Virus record (IMG/VR): IMGVR_UViG_3300009081_000009 | Span: 100,709 to 164,708 of that record | Direction: 5' to 3' (one strand) | Origin: a virus | DNA: 64,000 bases | Translations under genes and position numbers: made by a program | Part shown: piece by piece, positions 54,553 through 64,000 of the stretch | Numbering within the stretch: the first letter of the stretch is position 1 | Layout: each line of letters begins with the position of its first letter | Notes under the pieces: model-generated | What the model was told of the DNA's origin: nothing | The model's input: only the letters and a program-made list of their open reading frames with translations | The model's database searches: none

Positions 54553-54953
54553 AACGATTGACCCGCTTTAGATTGATTAAATACAAAATTCAAACAATCC
54601 ATGCCTTCACTTTCTAAGTGGAGGCCACTTTCATTACAGCATATATTCTTACGTTTAGGGCCATTACTACTCAAATTTTGAGTGGAAGGTATATATCCCT
54701 TATCAACAACGTCACATCCACCCTCGACAAAAAATACAGCTCTTTGTCTTCCGTGATTGATTTCATGGCTATCTGCAATTCTTCTAGTACCCGGAATTTC
54801 CGAATTAACACATCCACATCCACATGAACTTGTTCTAATTGGGGAAGGTGCCTGTCTAGGTTTAGGCATAGGGGTTGGCGCACATGCACACCCGCATCCA
54901 TATGCTGGTGACGCACAGGTGCAATTAATATTATTACATGTAGAGCAAGCCAT
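54549..54953 (-). CDS. Cys-rich hypothetical protein
   Basis: MACSTCNNINCTCAS..CGCAC..CGCGC. Confidence 0.6.
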   Translation of the reverse strand: MACSTCNNINCTCASPAYGCGCACAPTPMPKPRQAPSPIRTSSCGCGCVNSEIPGTRRIADSHEINHGRQRAVFFVEGGCDVVDKGYIPSTQNLSSNGPKRKNICCNESGLHLESEGMDCLNFVFNQSKAGQSF

Positions 54954-54976
54954 AATCTAATCCATTTGTATACCTA

Positions 54977-54992
54977 TAGTTTATATAAACTA
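54977..54992. promoter_or_regulatory. back-to-back TATAAACTA motifs (putative late promoters)
   Basis: Palindrome tagtttatataaacta between divergent genes; motif recurs at 9871, 49564, 58810, 60133. Confidence 0.6.
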
Positions 54993-55001
54993 TTTAAAAC
55001 A

Positions 55002-55319
55002 ATGGATATATTTATGTGGAATTTTATAAAAACTAATTTTATAAGTATAAAAAATGCTCTATTCTATGAAAATGGCAAATTATCATCAGGTAGAATGATG
55101 ATGCAAGTCGTGTTTGTGATGCTTGTTATTTTTTGGATTGTTGGGGCAATTTACCCAGTAACAGTTCCAGCATCTATGGAAAATGTGTTTTATTCATTAT
55201 TGGCATATGTATTTGGTACTAAAGGTGTTGAGGTAGCAAAAACCGCTGTCACTAAACCTACCACACCTACAACAGTCGTTCAACAACAAAAAACAAGTGT
55301 GGTCGATTCACCAGACTAA
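55002..55319 (+). CDS. putative holin
   Basis: Two TM segments, LSSGR motif, upstream of endolysin. Confidence 0.6.
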   Translation: MDIFMWNFIKTNFISIKNALFYENGKLSSGRMMMQVVFVMLVIFWIVGAIYPVTVPASMENVFYSLLAYVFGTKGVEVAKTAVTKPTTPTTVVQQQKTSVVDSPD

Positions 55320-55334
55320 TTAAAAGGAAATATT

Positions 55335-56030
55335 ATGAATTATTTAAAAGATCCAAAAATTATTACAATCGTTGTGTTATTAATAGTAATTATAGGTGGT
55401 GGATTATTTACACAAAATAAAATTACTGAAATTGACAATACATATAAAACCGAAAAACACTATTTAGATTCCACCTACAAAGCTGATAGTATATCCATGG
55501 CAATGAAATATAGTACACTTGATAGTCAATATGCAGTGGCTTTATCGAAAAAAGATTCATCGTCTTATAAAGATAGCACAAATTCACATACAACAAAAAC
55601 AATAATACGCACAATTTATAAAGATAGTATTAAAGAAGTATACGTTGAAAATAATGAATATATAACAACATCACAAAAAACAATAGTGTCTTTACAGGAT
55701 TCTGTTGTTAATGCTACTAAGAAAATTACCGAATTGGATTCTCGTATAACTGAATTAACGAAAGAATTATCAGTTAAAAAAATAGATACAATTACCGTTA
55801 CAGAAATACATGAAAAAACAATTACACCAGTTGCTAAGAAATTTAGTGTGTATGGTAATGTATTTGGTAAGTCAACTCAAGCAATCAATTTAGCTGTTGG
55901 TGCCGAAGTTGGTGGTGATTATAAAATTTATTCTCCTGTATATATAGGAGCGTCTATTAGAAAGGATGGTATATCCACATCTGATGGATATAATGCATTA
56001 ATTAAAGCTGGTGTTAAATTTGAATTTTAA
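55335..56030 (+). CDS. membrane-anchored coiled-coil protein, spanin candidate
   Basis: N-terminal TM, coiled coil, beta-rich C-terminus ending in F; between holin and lysozyme. Confidence 0.5.
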   Translation: MNYLKDPKIITIVVLLIVIIGGGLFTQNKITEIDNTYKTEKHYLDSTYKADSISMAMKYSTLDSQYAVALSKKDSSSYKDSTNSHTTKTIIRTIYKDSIKEVYVENNEYITTSQKTIVSLQDSVVNATKKITELDSRITELTKELSVKKIDTITVTEIHEKTITPVAKKFSVYGNVFGKSTQAINLAVGAEVGGDYKIYSPVYIGASIRKDGISTSDGYNALIKAGVKFEF

Positions 56031-56039
56031 GGAGTTATT

Positions 56040-56672
56040 ATGATTGCATTAATAATGAAACTAATATCGCTATTTAAATACGCTAAGACAATAAAAACAA
56101 CGGTAGAGACTGTAGAGACGGTCGTGGAGACAATAAAAACAACCACACCTACACAAACAGCTACAGTCGAAACAACGCCTACAGAGGCTGTTATAGAGAA
56201 ACAAACACAACAAGAGGAAACTCCTATGAATACACCAAGTAATGCATGTTACGATATGATAAAACAATTTGAAGGGTTTAGTGCTAAACCATATAAATGT
56301 CCAGCAGGAATTCCAACTATTGGATACGGATCTACGTTTTATATAGATGGAACTAAAGTTAAGATGACAGATGCTGAGATCACAAAAGATAAAGCAACTG
56401 AAATATTATCGGCTGTAGTGAATAAATTCTCATTGGAAGTTAATAAATTAATTAAAGTTCCAGTTAGTCAAGGCCAATATGATGCCCTAGTTGATTTTGC
56501 ATATAACTTAGGCGCAGCAAATTTAGCAAGTAGCACGTTGTTAAAAAAACTTAATGCTAAATGCTATACAGAAGCAGCCGATCAATTTCCTCGATGGAAT
56601 AAGGCTGGTGGTGTTATATTAGAAGGATTAACTAAGAGACGAAATGCAGAACGATCTTTATTTTTATCGTAA
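56040..56672 (+). CDS. endolysin, GH24 lysozyme
   Basis: IKQFEG..YKCPAGIPTIGYG, DALVDFAYNLG, GLTKRRNAE. Confidence 0.92.
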   Translation: MIALIMKLISLFKYAKTIKTTVETVETVVETIKTTTPTQTATVETTPTEAVIEKQTQQEETPMNTPSNACYDMIKQFEGFSAKPYKCPAGIPTIGYGSTFYIDGTKVKMTDAEITKDKATEILSAVVNKFSLEVNKLIKVPVSQGQYDALVDFAYNLGAANLASSTLLKKLNAKCYTEAADQFPRWNKAGGVILEGLTKRRNAERSLFLS

Positions 56673-57071
56673 AGAATAAATTCCTTCCCTATATGCTGCG
56701 TTGAATAATGCAGCATAATTTTTTATATTATCCGAATCGTTACACTTCATAAATAGACCCCCGCGATAATTAATGACCTCTGTGATATACATAAATTTAT
56801 CAACGATAGCAATCGTAAATGGAGAAATATCCATCAAATCTGGATATGTCATTTTTAGGTTATTACGTTGAGCAAATTCAATCCCAGCATTAAATGCCTT
56901 ATTTAAGTGATTAATCAACTTAGTTATCGTGTGTTTTGATGAAAACAGATTTCCGAAAGTACATTGGAATTCATATATTGCCGTGTCTTCATATACAATA
57001 TACATTGATCGCTTGTTAGTGTCAAATGTGTATGGATTATACACCAATTCTTGTACAGTATCGTTATGCAT
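56664..57071 (-). CDS. hypothetical protein with internal repeat (LNKAFNAG / FNAAYREG)
   Basis: aaggag SD and TTGACA promoter upstream. Confidence 0.6.
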   Translation of the reverse strand: MHNDTVQELVYNPYTFDTNKRSMYIVYEDTAIYEFQCTFGNLFSSKHTITKLINHLNKAFNAGIEFAQRNNLKMTYPDLMDISPFTIAIVDKFMYITEVINYRGGLFMKCNDSDNIKNYAALFNAAYREGIYSLR

Positions 57072-57192
57072 AGTAACTCCTTTTCTATAATATAGGAATA
57101 TGCATTGATTTTGTCAATGGATAATTTGAATAATGCGTAAAATCAATAAAAAAATTATATTACGAATATAATTAATTTTGTATATTTAAAAT

Positions 57193-57759
57193 ATGGAACT
57201 AAATAATACACGCGACCTTTTACGAGATGATGTCTACTCCAACATGGCAAAAGAGATCTCTCGATTATCTAAAGATGAAAACACACATATTGGGGCAGTT
57301 ATAGTTGCTAATGATGGTACGCCTATTTCATGGGGTTATAATGGTACTATATCAGGATTTGATGATTCCATTATACCACATTCACGGGAACAGGAAGAAT
57401 TAATTTATAGTATTAAGGATGATGATACAAATAAATCTGAAATTCATTTCTTTAAATCCAATAAATATCCGTATATGTCGCATGCAGAATCGAATGCAAT
57501 TTTTTACGCAAACAAAGATAAATTAGTTGGATCTACTATATATGTAACTGGATTCCCATGTGATGGGTGTGCTTTACAAATAGCAAGAGCTAAAATAGCA
57601 CGTGTTGTGGTTATATCAGATTCTAATGTTGATAGCGAATCATCATTAAATACAAATAATCATAATGCATTATTTATATTTGCACAACAGGGAATAAAAT
57701 TAACGGTTAATAAAACCAATTACACACTAAAATGTCATAAATCAGAAACAGAAAACTGA
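57193..57759 (+). CDS. dCMP deaminase
   Basis: GYNG, HAESNA, PCDGC. Confidence 0.9.
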   Translation: MELNNTRDLLRDDVYSNMAKEISRLSKDENTHIGAVIVANDGTPISWGYNGTISGFDDSIIPHSREQEELIYSIKDDDTNKSEIHFFKSNKYPYMSHAESNAIFYANKDKLVGSTIYVTGFPCDGCALQIARAKIARVVVISDSNVDSESSLNTNNHNALFIFAQQGIKLTVNKTNYTLKCHKSETEN

Positions 57760-57823
57760 TTCATTGGAAAGTGTGTTTATTATAAACATTTACTGTAACG
57801 CCCACAACAAAAGAGAGATCCTA

Positions 57824-58792
57824 ATGGCTAATACTCCTAAGTTTCATGGAACGCCAATCATTGAAGATAAAAACGGAAAAACACTCAGACCTATTACAAG
57901 AGGTCAACAACAATTACTCGAAGCGATAGAAACAAATGATATCGTTTTCGTAAATGGGCCAGCAGGTACAGGAAAAACGTGTGTAGCAACTTGGTATGCG
58001 ATAGCTGGCATCGATGCTGGCTTATACGAACACCTTGTTCTTACACGTCCGATTGTAGAAGCTGGTGAAGAACTCGGATTTTTACCGGGAACTTTTGAAG
58101 AGAAAGTTGCTCCGTATATGCAGCCTCTATATGAGGCAATCGAGATGGTTAAAGGCAAACAAAAACCAAAACCACCTATGGAAATGTCCCAAAAATTTCC
58201 TCCACAAAAAACATTTGATAAACGAGGAAAAAAACCTATAAAGAAGGGTTATTCAGATGAAGCTGAAGCTCATCTTTATGAATTCAAATCAGATAATGCT
58301 GATTTCTATTCCAAAGTAAATGTATGTCCTCTTGCATATCTTAGAGGATCAACAAAAGCAAAATCATTTATTATTTTAGACGAAGCACAAAACGTAACAA
58401 GCACTCAGATGAAAATGATGCTTACTCGTCTTGGTTATGGTTCTAAATTAGTTATTTGTGGTGATATAAATCAATCCGATCTTGAAAGTAGAGTTAAGTC
58501 TGGATTCAGAGAAGCTCAGAATTTACTTAAAAAAATTAAAGGAATTGGATTTGTAACATTAAATGCTGATGATATTGTTAGACATCGATTGATTAAAGAT
58601 ATCATTCTCCGATATGAAGGAAAGGATAGCGCACGTAAATCAGAGATTCAGAGCAATCGCAATGACATCGAAAATGTGCGTGATTTGAGAAACTATGATT
58701 TCTCAACTGATGATGAGGATGATGATGAGGAACCTACTGTTGATGCAGATGGTACTGAATCAGATAATGTAACTGATATTAACGATAAGTAA
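57824..58792 (+). CDS. phoH: PhoH-family ATPase
   Basis: GPAGTGKT, LGFLPG, YLRG, DEAQN, GDINQSD, DIVRH. Confidence 0.93.
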   Translation: MANTPKFHGTPIIEDKNGKTLRPITRGQQQLLEAIETNDIVFVNGPAGTGKTCVATWYAIAGIDAGLYEHLVLTRPIVEAGEELGFLPGTFEEKVAPYMQPLYEAIEMVKGKQKPKPPMEMSQKFPPQKTFDKRGKKPIKKGYSDEAEAHLYEFKSDNADFYSKVNVCPLAYLRGSTKAKSFIILDEAQNVTSTQMKMMLTRLGYGSKLVICGDINQSDLESRVKSGFREAQNLLKKIKGIGFVTLNADDIVRHRLIKDIILRYEGKDSARKSEIQSNRNDIENVRDLRNYDFSTDDEDDDEEPTVDADGTESDNVTDINDK

Positions 58793-58823
58793 ATACATAT
58801 CAACTTCAATATAAACTAGTTGC

Positions 58824-59318
58824 ATGGACACAAATCCATGCAATTTTTATTTAGGTATTAGTATGATAAATGGCGGTTCTTTTATATTAATGTTAGATCC
58901 AAAGAAACACAAAACGTTACTTGGATTGAGATCTCGTGAAACTGAATGGAATCCTAATACGTGGTGTCCATTTGGAGGAACTATTGAATCCAATGAAATT
59001 CCCACAGAAACAGCGATTCGTGAGTATTTAGAGGAAACCAATATATCGAATGACATGTACGAAATGTCTAAAGAACCAATATTCGTTAAAAAAAGTGTAG
59101 ATAGTACTGGACAGATCCATCAAATGTTTCTATATTTAGGATTATTGCAATGTGGAATAGACCCAGTAATCAACGATGAACATCAGGATTTTATGTGGTG
59201 TGATATAAAAGAAATTCCAACTTTAGAATTACACCCCATCATGGTAGATGTATTTACCGATGAGTATTCTCTAGAAGCAATTCAATCAGCATTAGTGACT
59301 AATATGATTGATATGTGA
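58824..59318 (+). CDS. NUDIX hydrolase
   Basis: GGTIESNEIPTETAIREYLEET. Confidence 0.85.
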   Translation: MDTNPCNFYLGISMINGGSFILMLDPKKHKTLLGLRSRETEWNPNTWCPFGGTIESNEIPTETAIREYLEETNISNDMYEMSKEPIFVKKSVDSTGQIHQMFLYLGLLQCGIDPVINDEHQDFMWCDIKEIPTLELHPIMVDVFTDEYSLEAIQSALVTNMIDM

Positions 59319-59526
59319 GGATGTTATGAATGATATTAATTCATGTGATGATGTAAACGATTTCCGAAACTTCCTTACTGTACAAGCGGAAGAAATGTGT
59401 AAGCACAAATGGATTGAATCTGAAAAGGTGGGGTATGATTTAGGCAATGCTGCGATCCAAGATTGGATCAAAAAATATGCTAAGAACTTTAGAGAAACTT
59501 ATTATAAGACACCTAATAAATCATAA
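59308..59526 (+). CDS. small protein, DUF4032-like
   Basis: HKWIESEKVGYDLG..AIQDW. Confidence 0.6.
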   Translation: MICEDVMNDINSCDDVNDFRNFLTVQAEEMCKHKWIESEKVGYDLGNAAIQDWIKKYAKNFRETYYKTPNKS

Positions 59527-60123
59527 TAAAACAGTTTTATATAATAATTCATATTCTCTAGGCAAGGTGTTATAATTTATAGATGTTAAATCAGTCGGCA
59601 TATGATTTACTATTCGATCATCTAAAGGTGAATTTTTAAATTCCCATTGACGAATTTTCTTAGCAAAATTATACATTAATATGTAGGCATTTGATTCTTG
59701 ACAGTATCTTTCTATATCTAATTGTAAATTATATTTAGTTATATTTTTAATTGCCCTTCTATCACAATCTAATTCACAATCTCTTGATAACCCAACAGCC
59801 GATTTTACTGTAATTGGTTTGTATGTGTTTCCTCCAAGCCATTTATCCATAATATCATATGATTGATATCCACCTCGCAGTCTATGTGTAAATACGGGAT
59901 CATTTTCGATCCATTGTTCCATATGAGAAAATTCATGCACTAAGGTACTGATAATCCAATTTTCTGCACCATTTGATACAAATAATTCAATAGTGTCAAA
60001 ATATCCACCATATGTCTGGTTATCTACTATGAGTCTATCCTTATCGGATAATATTAATTTGATGCCATATCTACGACATTCGCGTTTTACATGTGTTATG
60101 AAATCAAGATGATTCTTATGCAT
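59521..60123 (-). CDS. HExxH metallopeptidase-like protein
   Basis: LVHEFSH and downstream ELDC. Confidence 0.6.
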   Translation of the reverse strand: MHKNHLDFITHVKRECRRYGIKLILSDKDRLIVDNQTYGGYFDTIELFVSNGAENWIISTLVHEFSHMEQWIENDPVFTHRLRGGYQSYDIMDKWLGGNTYKPITVKSAVGLSRDCELDCDRRAIKNITKYNLQLDIERYCQESNAYILMYNFAKKIRQWEFKNSPLDDRIVNHMPTDLTSINYNTLPREYELLYKTVLL

Positions 60124-60185
60124 ATGTATAAATAGTTTATACTAATTTACGAAAAATTGATATATTTAAGTTCAAGGAGTTAACC

Positions 60186-61070
60186 ATGCTAGAATATCAA
60201 AATTTATTAAAAACAGTCCTTTCCGAAGGTAAATTGACCGATAACAGAACAGCAACCGCAGCACATAGAATGACTGGTGCTATGATAAAGTTCGATTTAC
60301 AGAAAGGATTCCCTATCTGTACAACAAAAAAGATCAATTTCCAGACTATCGCAACCGAAGCAGTATTTTTTATTCGTGGATATAATGATAAAAAATGGCT
60401 ACAGGATAGAAATTGCCCTATTTGGAATGAATGGTGTAACCCAGAAAAAGTTCCATATGGGCATGATGAAGAAACTCTTAGATTAATGAAAGAAGAAACT
60501 GATTTAGGTCGTGTTTATGGGGTTCAATGGAGAGATTGGGGTGGAGGATATACAAATACATCGAAATCTGATTCATCATATGAATATACATATAATCCCG
60601 GTATCGATCAATTAAAAATTGCACATGATACACTAAAAAAGAATCCTAATGATCGTCGTATGATCGTTATGGCGTGGAATCCATCTGATTTACAAAAAAT
60701 GGCATTGCCTCCATGTCATTTTGGATTCCAATTTACATCTGATGGTGAATATGTTGATTTGACATTCTTCATGCGCAGTGTAGATTGTTTCTTAGGAATG
60801 CCTTTTAATATATCGTCATATGCTCTTATACTTGAATTGATGGCTAAGACGGTTGGATTAAAGGCAAGACAACTAACTGGTATGTTTGTTGATACTCACA
60901 TATATGAGAATCATATGGATCAGGTTAATCTATTGCTATCAAGAGAACCTTATGCATTGCCACGATTAATATTACCAGATGATACAAATATATTCACATG
61001 GGAACCAACTCAATGGGAATTACAAAACTACCAGCATCACGCATTTATTAAAGCTCCTGTTGCTGTATAA
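60186..61070 (+). CDS. thyA: thymidylate synthase
   Basis: IWNEW, YGVQWR, RR, ALPPCH, RSVD, GMPFN, HIYENH. Confidence 0.95.
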   Translation: MLEYQNLLKTVLSEGKLTDNRTATAAHRMTGAMIKFDLQKGFPICTTKKINFQTIATEAVFFIRGYNDKKWLQDRNCPIWNEWCNPEKVPYGHDEETLRLMKEETDLGRVYGVQWRDWGGGYTNTSKSDSSYEYTYNPGIDQLKIAHDTLKKNPNDRRMIVMAWNPSDLQKMALPPCHFGFQFTSDGEYVDLTFFMRSVDCFLGMPFNISSYALILELMAKTVGLKARQLTGMFVDTHIYENHMDQVNLLLSREPYALPRLILPDDTNIFTWEPTQWELQNYQHHAFIKAPVAV

Positions 61071-61074
61071 AAAT

Positions 61075-61105
61075 AAAAGAGTATGATTTGCGTCATACTC
61101 TTTTT
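61075..61105 (+). terminator. intrinsic terminator
   Basis: aaaagagtatga-tttgcg-tcatactcttttt. Confidence 0.8.
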
Positions 61106-61167
61106 CATTGACATGCTTAATAATTATTTCTATATTGGGTTATACAACAATAGAGTTCGGGGTATTA

Positions 61168-61905
61168 ATGTCTAGAGATTATAAATGTACAAATCATAAA
61201 ATTTTATCAACAGCAGAAGAATACAAACTATTTGAAGAATATTCACAAACAAAATCACTCGCAATTAGAGATAAAATAATAGCACATAATTTGAAATTTG
61301 CTATGGGTAGTGCTCTACTGTATTTACGTAGATACAAGCATGTCGATCCAAATGATTTAAAAGGCTATGCGGTAATGGGACTAATAGATGCCTTTGAAAA
61401 ATTCGATCATACACGAGGATTACGATTTACATCATATGCCTCTTGGTGGGTAAAGTGTTCCATCAATCGAAATGTTGCTGATAATGAGAGTATTGTTAGA
61501 TATCCAAATAACATACATCAAGAAGTATATAATCACTATAAAACTAATAAAGGTGATTCTGATGAATTAGATGCTAGTGATTATTCTGTGATAAGTAGTA
61601 ATATGGCGGGTGGTATTTCAATTGATCAGCCGATTGAAAATACTGACTTAAAGATAGAAGATGTTTTAGTATCACCGGATACTACAGATGCATTAATTAG
61701 CGACTCACTTGAACAGGCATTAACATTATTGCCACCGCAAGAACGACATATTATTGAGTCTATATATGGATTCTCTACAGGTGAACGGCAGTCCATTAGA
61801 GAAATTGCAGCGGAGCTTGATATATCACATGAAAATGTTAGAATAATCCGAAATAAAGCTCTCGCTAAATTAAAAAAATATGCAGTTAAAGCTGATCTTT
61901 ATTAA
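61168..61905 (+). CDS. RNA polymerase sigma-70 family factor (second)
   Basis: HNLKF, RFTSYASWWVK, SIREIA..SHENVRIIRNKALAKL. Confidence 0.88.
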   Translation: MSRDYKCTNHKILSTAEEYKLFEEYSQTKSLAIRDKIIAHNLKFAMGSALLYLRRYKHVDPNDLKGYAVMGLIDAFEKFDHTRGLRFTSYASWWVKCSINRNVADNESIVRYPNNIHQEVYNHYKTNKGDSDELDASDYSVISSNMAGGISIDQPIENTDLKIEDVLVSPDTTDALISDSLEQALTLLPPQERHIIESIYGFSTGERQSIREIAAELDISHENVRIIRNKALAKLKKYAVKADLY

Positions 61906-61916
61906 TTGAGTATGAA

Positions 61917-62228
61917 ATGGCAAAGAAAGCAAAACTAGAATTCATCACTCAATGCGAGTCACTTAAACCAAGTATTGAGTGTAATTCGATTCCTCAAGTT
62001 CTATTGCATTTTAATTATCTTGAACGCTGGGGTGCATCTCCAACTGTACAAGAAAGTTTACCAGAGGATGCAAAAAATATCAAGGAATGTTTTGCGCTGA
62101 TTCGTAAGATGAGTGATAATGGATTTCAGGCGAAAAAATTTAAAGAGTATTGGACTAAATATAATATGGAAGATATATGCGAATATAATGTTATAGTCGC
62201 CTCCGATAGTACTTCCGATGGAGAATGA
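61917..62228 (+). CDS. hypothetical protein
   Basis: 103 aa in operon. Confidence 0.6.
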   Translation: MAKKAKLEFITQCESLKPSIECNSIPQVLLHFNYLERWGASPTVQESLPEDAKNIKECFALIRKMSDNGFQAKKFKEYWTKYNMEDICEYNVIVASDSTSDGE

Positions 62229-62715
62229 TATGGCTATTGAACATGAAGATAAATATTTATTGACAGGACAGCCTGTATTTAATGATGACTTACAACTACG
62301 TAATATTCATCATATTGAACAATTTTATATGACGCTAGATCGCGATAGAAAATATGTAAGTAGAGCAAGATGTGAATATGTTATTGAATCTATGAAATTC
62401 TATAAGGAATGTCATAAAGTCGGTAGTGGCCCCACCACAGAAGAGATTGAATACAACATCACAGATACTATTTATAATCAATTGAAAGAGTATTGCCGTA
62501 TAGGAAATATTGTCACTAAGACTAGGTATATTGCTGTTGATCGAGCTGGGTTAAGATGGGAAATTGATGAATACCCAGATGGACATTGGATCGCTGAATT
62601 AGAAAATCCTCCTATGTTTTATTTATTAGATTGCTTCCCCGGTGCAATTAATGTGACTGATGATTTTAACTATAAAAATATATCTATTTCATTAAATGGC
62701 TTTCCAAAATCATAA
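62218..62715 (+). CDS. CYTH/triphosphate tunnel family protein
   Basis: EHEDKY, KTRY, WEIDEY, IAELE. Confidence 0.75.
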   Translation: MENDMAIEHEDKYLLTGQPVFNDDLQLRNIHHIEQFYMTLDRDRKYVSRARCEYVIESMKFYKECHKVGSGPTTEEIEYNITDTIYNQLKEYCRIGNIVTKTRYIAVDRAGLRWEIDEYPDGHWIAELENPPMFYLLDCFPGAINVTDDFNYKNISISLNGFPKS

Positions 62716-62735
62716 AAACTTTCTATATTACTACA

Positions 62736-63245
62736 ATGAACTATTATACAAGCGATTTGCATTTTGATCATGCTCGAATCATCGAGTTTTGTGATCGACC
62801 ATATTCATCCGTTGATGAGATGAATAAGAAATTAAAAGACAATTGGAATTCAAGAGTAAAACCAGAAGATCATGTATATGTTCTTGGGGATATTTGCATG
62901 AATGAAAAGGGATTCATCGATCATATGAATGATTTGAATGGATTTAAGCATATTGTTCGAGGGAATCATGATCCTAAAAACATTCAAAATAAGAAGCTGA
63001 AAAACACCCACTTTACAGAACTGATTCATACAGTTCGCGATGGCGAAGCTAAGATAGTCTTATGCCATTTTCCTATAATGGAGTGGAATGGATATTACAA
63101 TGGGGTGTATCATTTCTATGGACATGTACATAACACTCGTGCAGAATTTCATCCATGTGCGTTTGAAGTTGGTGTGGATGCACATAACTACAAACCAAAA
63201 ACTTTTTATGAAATAGTAAATTCAAGGATTGCAAATGTTCAATAA
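62736..63245 (+). CDS. calcineurin-like metallophosphoesterase
   Basis: SDLH, LGD, GNHD, CHFP, GHVH, VGVD. Confidence 0.9.
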   Translation: MNYYTSDLHFDHARIIEFCDRPYSSVDEMNKKLKDNWNSRVKPEDHVYVLGDICMNEKGFIDHMNDLNGFKHIVRGNHDPKNIQNKKLKNTHFTELIHTVRDGEAKIVLCHFPIMEWNGYYNGVYHFYGHVHNTRAEFHPCAFEVGVDAHNYKPKTFYEIVNSRIANVQ

Positions 63246-63390
63246 ATTAATATTGCTGATAGTAGGAATTCTATTGGTATTCCTTGCATTCAAACTAATG
63301 ATTGCAACTCTGATTTGGGCAATGTATAAGATATTGTTTGGATTAGCATTAATTCTATTCATTTACATCGCATTCAAAACAATTAAATAA
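63235..63390 (+). CDS. small hydrophobic membrane protein (51 aa)
   Basis: Manual translation MFNKLILLIVGILLVFLAF...; aagga SD. Confidence 0.55.
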   Translation: MFNKLILLIVGILLVFLAFKLMIATLIWAMYKILFGLALILFIYIAFKTIK

Positions 63391-63399
63391 GGAGTCGAT

Positions 63400-63855
63400 A
63401 TGAAAATCGAAGTAAGTAAAAATGATATCACCAAGTTACTAAGCGAAAAACTTGGCATTTCCGCTGATAATGTGGAATTGAAATTCGTTGACATTGAATT
63501 CACATCAGAGGTTAAATCTGATATGGCACCTATTGCACCTGCTGTGGGTGAAGTTGATGATGGAGATGATGATTGTGGAGGCACTGACGTAGATAATAAT
63601 ACTACGCCAGCCGAATTGGTCACTGCAACCACTATCAAGAAAGTGTTGGAGAAGGCATTAACCGATATTGGCTATGCAAGTAAGATGCCAAAAAATGCAG
63701 ATGAAGTTTGTCTTACTGCAATGACTGAATTTGTTGAAAAAATGAGTCGCAAGGAACGCAGAATATTTAATAACTTTGTCGCTGAATGTGATTTTAAGAA
63801 GTTTGTTATTCTATGGCAGGAATTGCAGACGATCATTAACAAAAAGATTAAGTAA
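63400..63855 (+). CDS. hypothetical protein
   Basis: aaggag SD, 151 aa. Confidence 0.65.
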   Translation: MKIEVSKNDITKLLSEKLGISADNVELKFVDIEFTSEVKSDMAPIAPAVGEVDDGDDDCGGTDVDNNTTPAELVTATTIKKVLEKALTDIGYASKMPKNADEVCLTAMTEFVEKMSRKERRIFNNFVAECDFKKFVILWQELQTIINKKIK

Positions 63856-63866
63856 GGAATTGATAT

Positions 63867-64000
63867 ATGGGCATTATGTTGCCATTTGATGATGTAGTAC
63901 TCCCACATCATGTTTCGATCTCGTATGAACGTGACACCTATACGATTTATATCATGGGTGTGGCGGTTGCTACGCATCAATATAAAGTCCATATTTATTC
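63867..64000 (+). CDS. hypothetical protein, 3'-partial
   Basis: aagga SD, frame open to window end. Confidence 0.45.
   Translation, partial: MGIMLPFDDVVLPHHVSISYERDTYTIYIMGVAVATHQYKVHIY

Overview
AT-rich fragment of a large tailed (jumbo-type, T4-like terminase) bacteriophage genome, read with the standard code. It carries about 45 tRNA genes plus 3 atypical tRNA-like elements in five amino-acid-sorted groups, tRNA maturation/repair enzymes (CCA-adding enzyme, HAD-2H phosphoesterase, Rnl1-type RNA ligase, two RlmN-like radical SAMs), a complete PncA-PncB-NadD-NadE NAD+ salvage pathway with NrtR and candidate operators, a WGR-PARP, an HD (p)ppGpp hydrolase-like protein, two sigma-70 factors, nucleotide metabolism genes (NrdJ, ThyA, dCMP deaminase, Adk, Gmk), glycosyltransferases, three tandem terminase paralogues and a lysis module. 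Main discovery: each tRNA group is preceded by a short unannotated leader-peptide ORF enriched in the codons read by the downstream tRNAs (SLSLHLSSLCSWLSS before Ser/Leu/His/Cys/Trp; NNNNER before Asn/Arg; EREEE before Glu; a T/A/I/G/V/D/M/R peptide before those tRNAs; PP before Pro). Four of the five leaders are followed by mutually exclusive antiterminator/terminator hairpins. This looks like ribosome-mediated attenuation that switches on phage tRNA operons when the cognate charged tRNAs run short. All calls were made by eye; none is database-verified.
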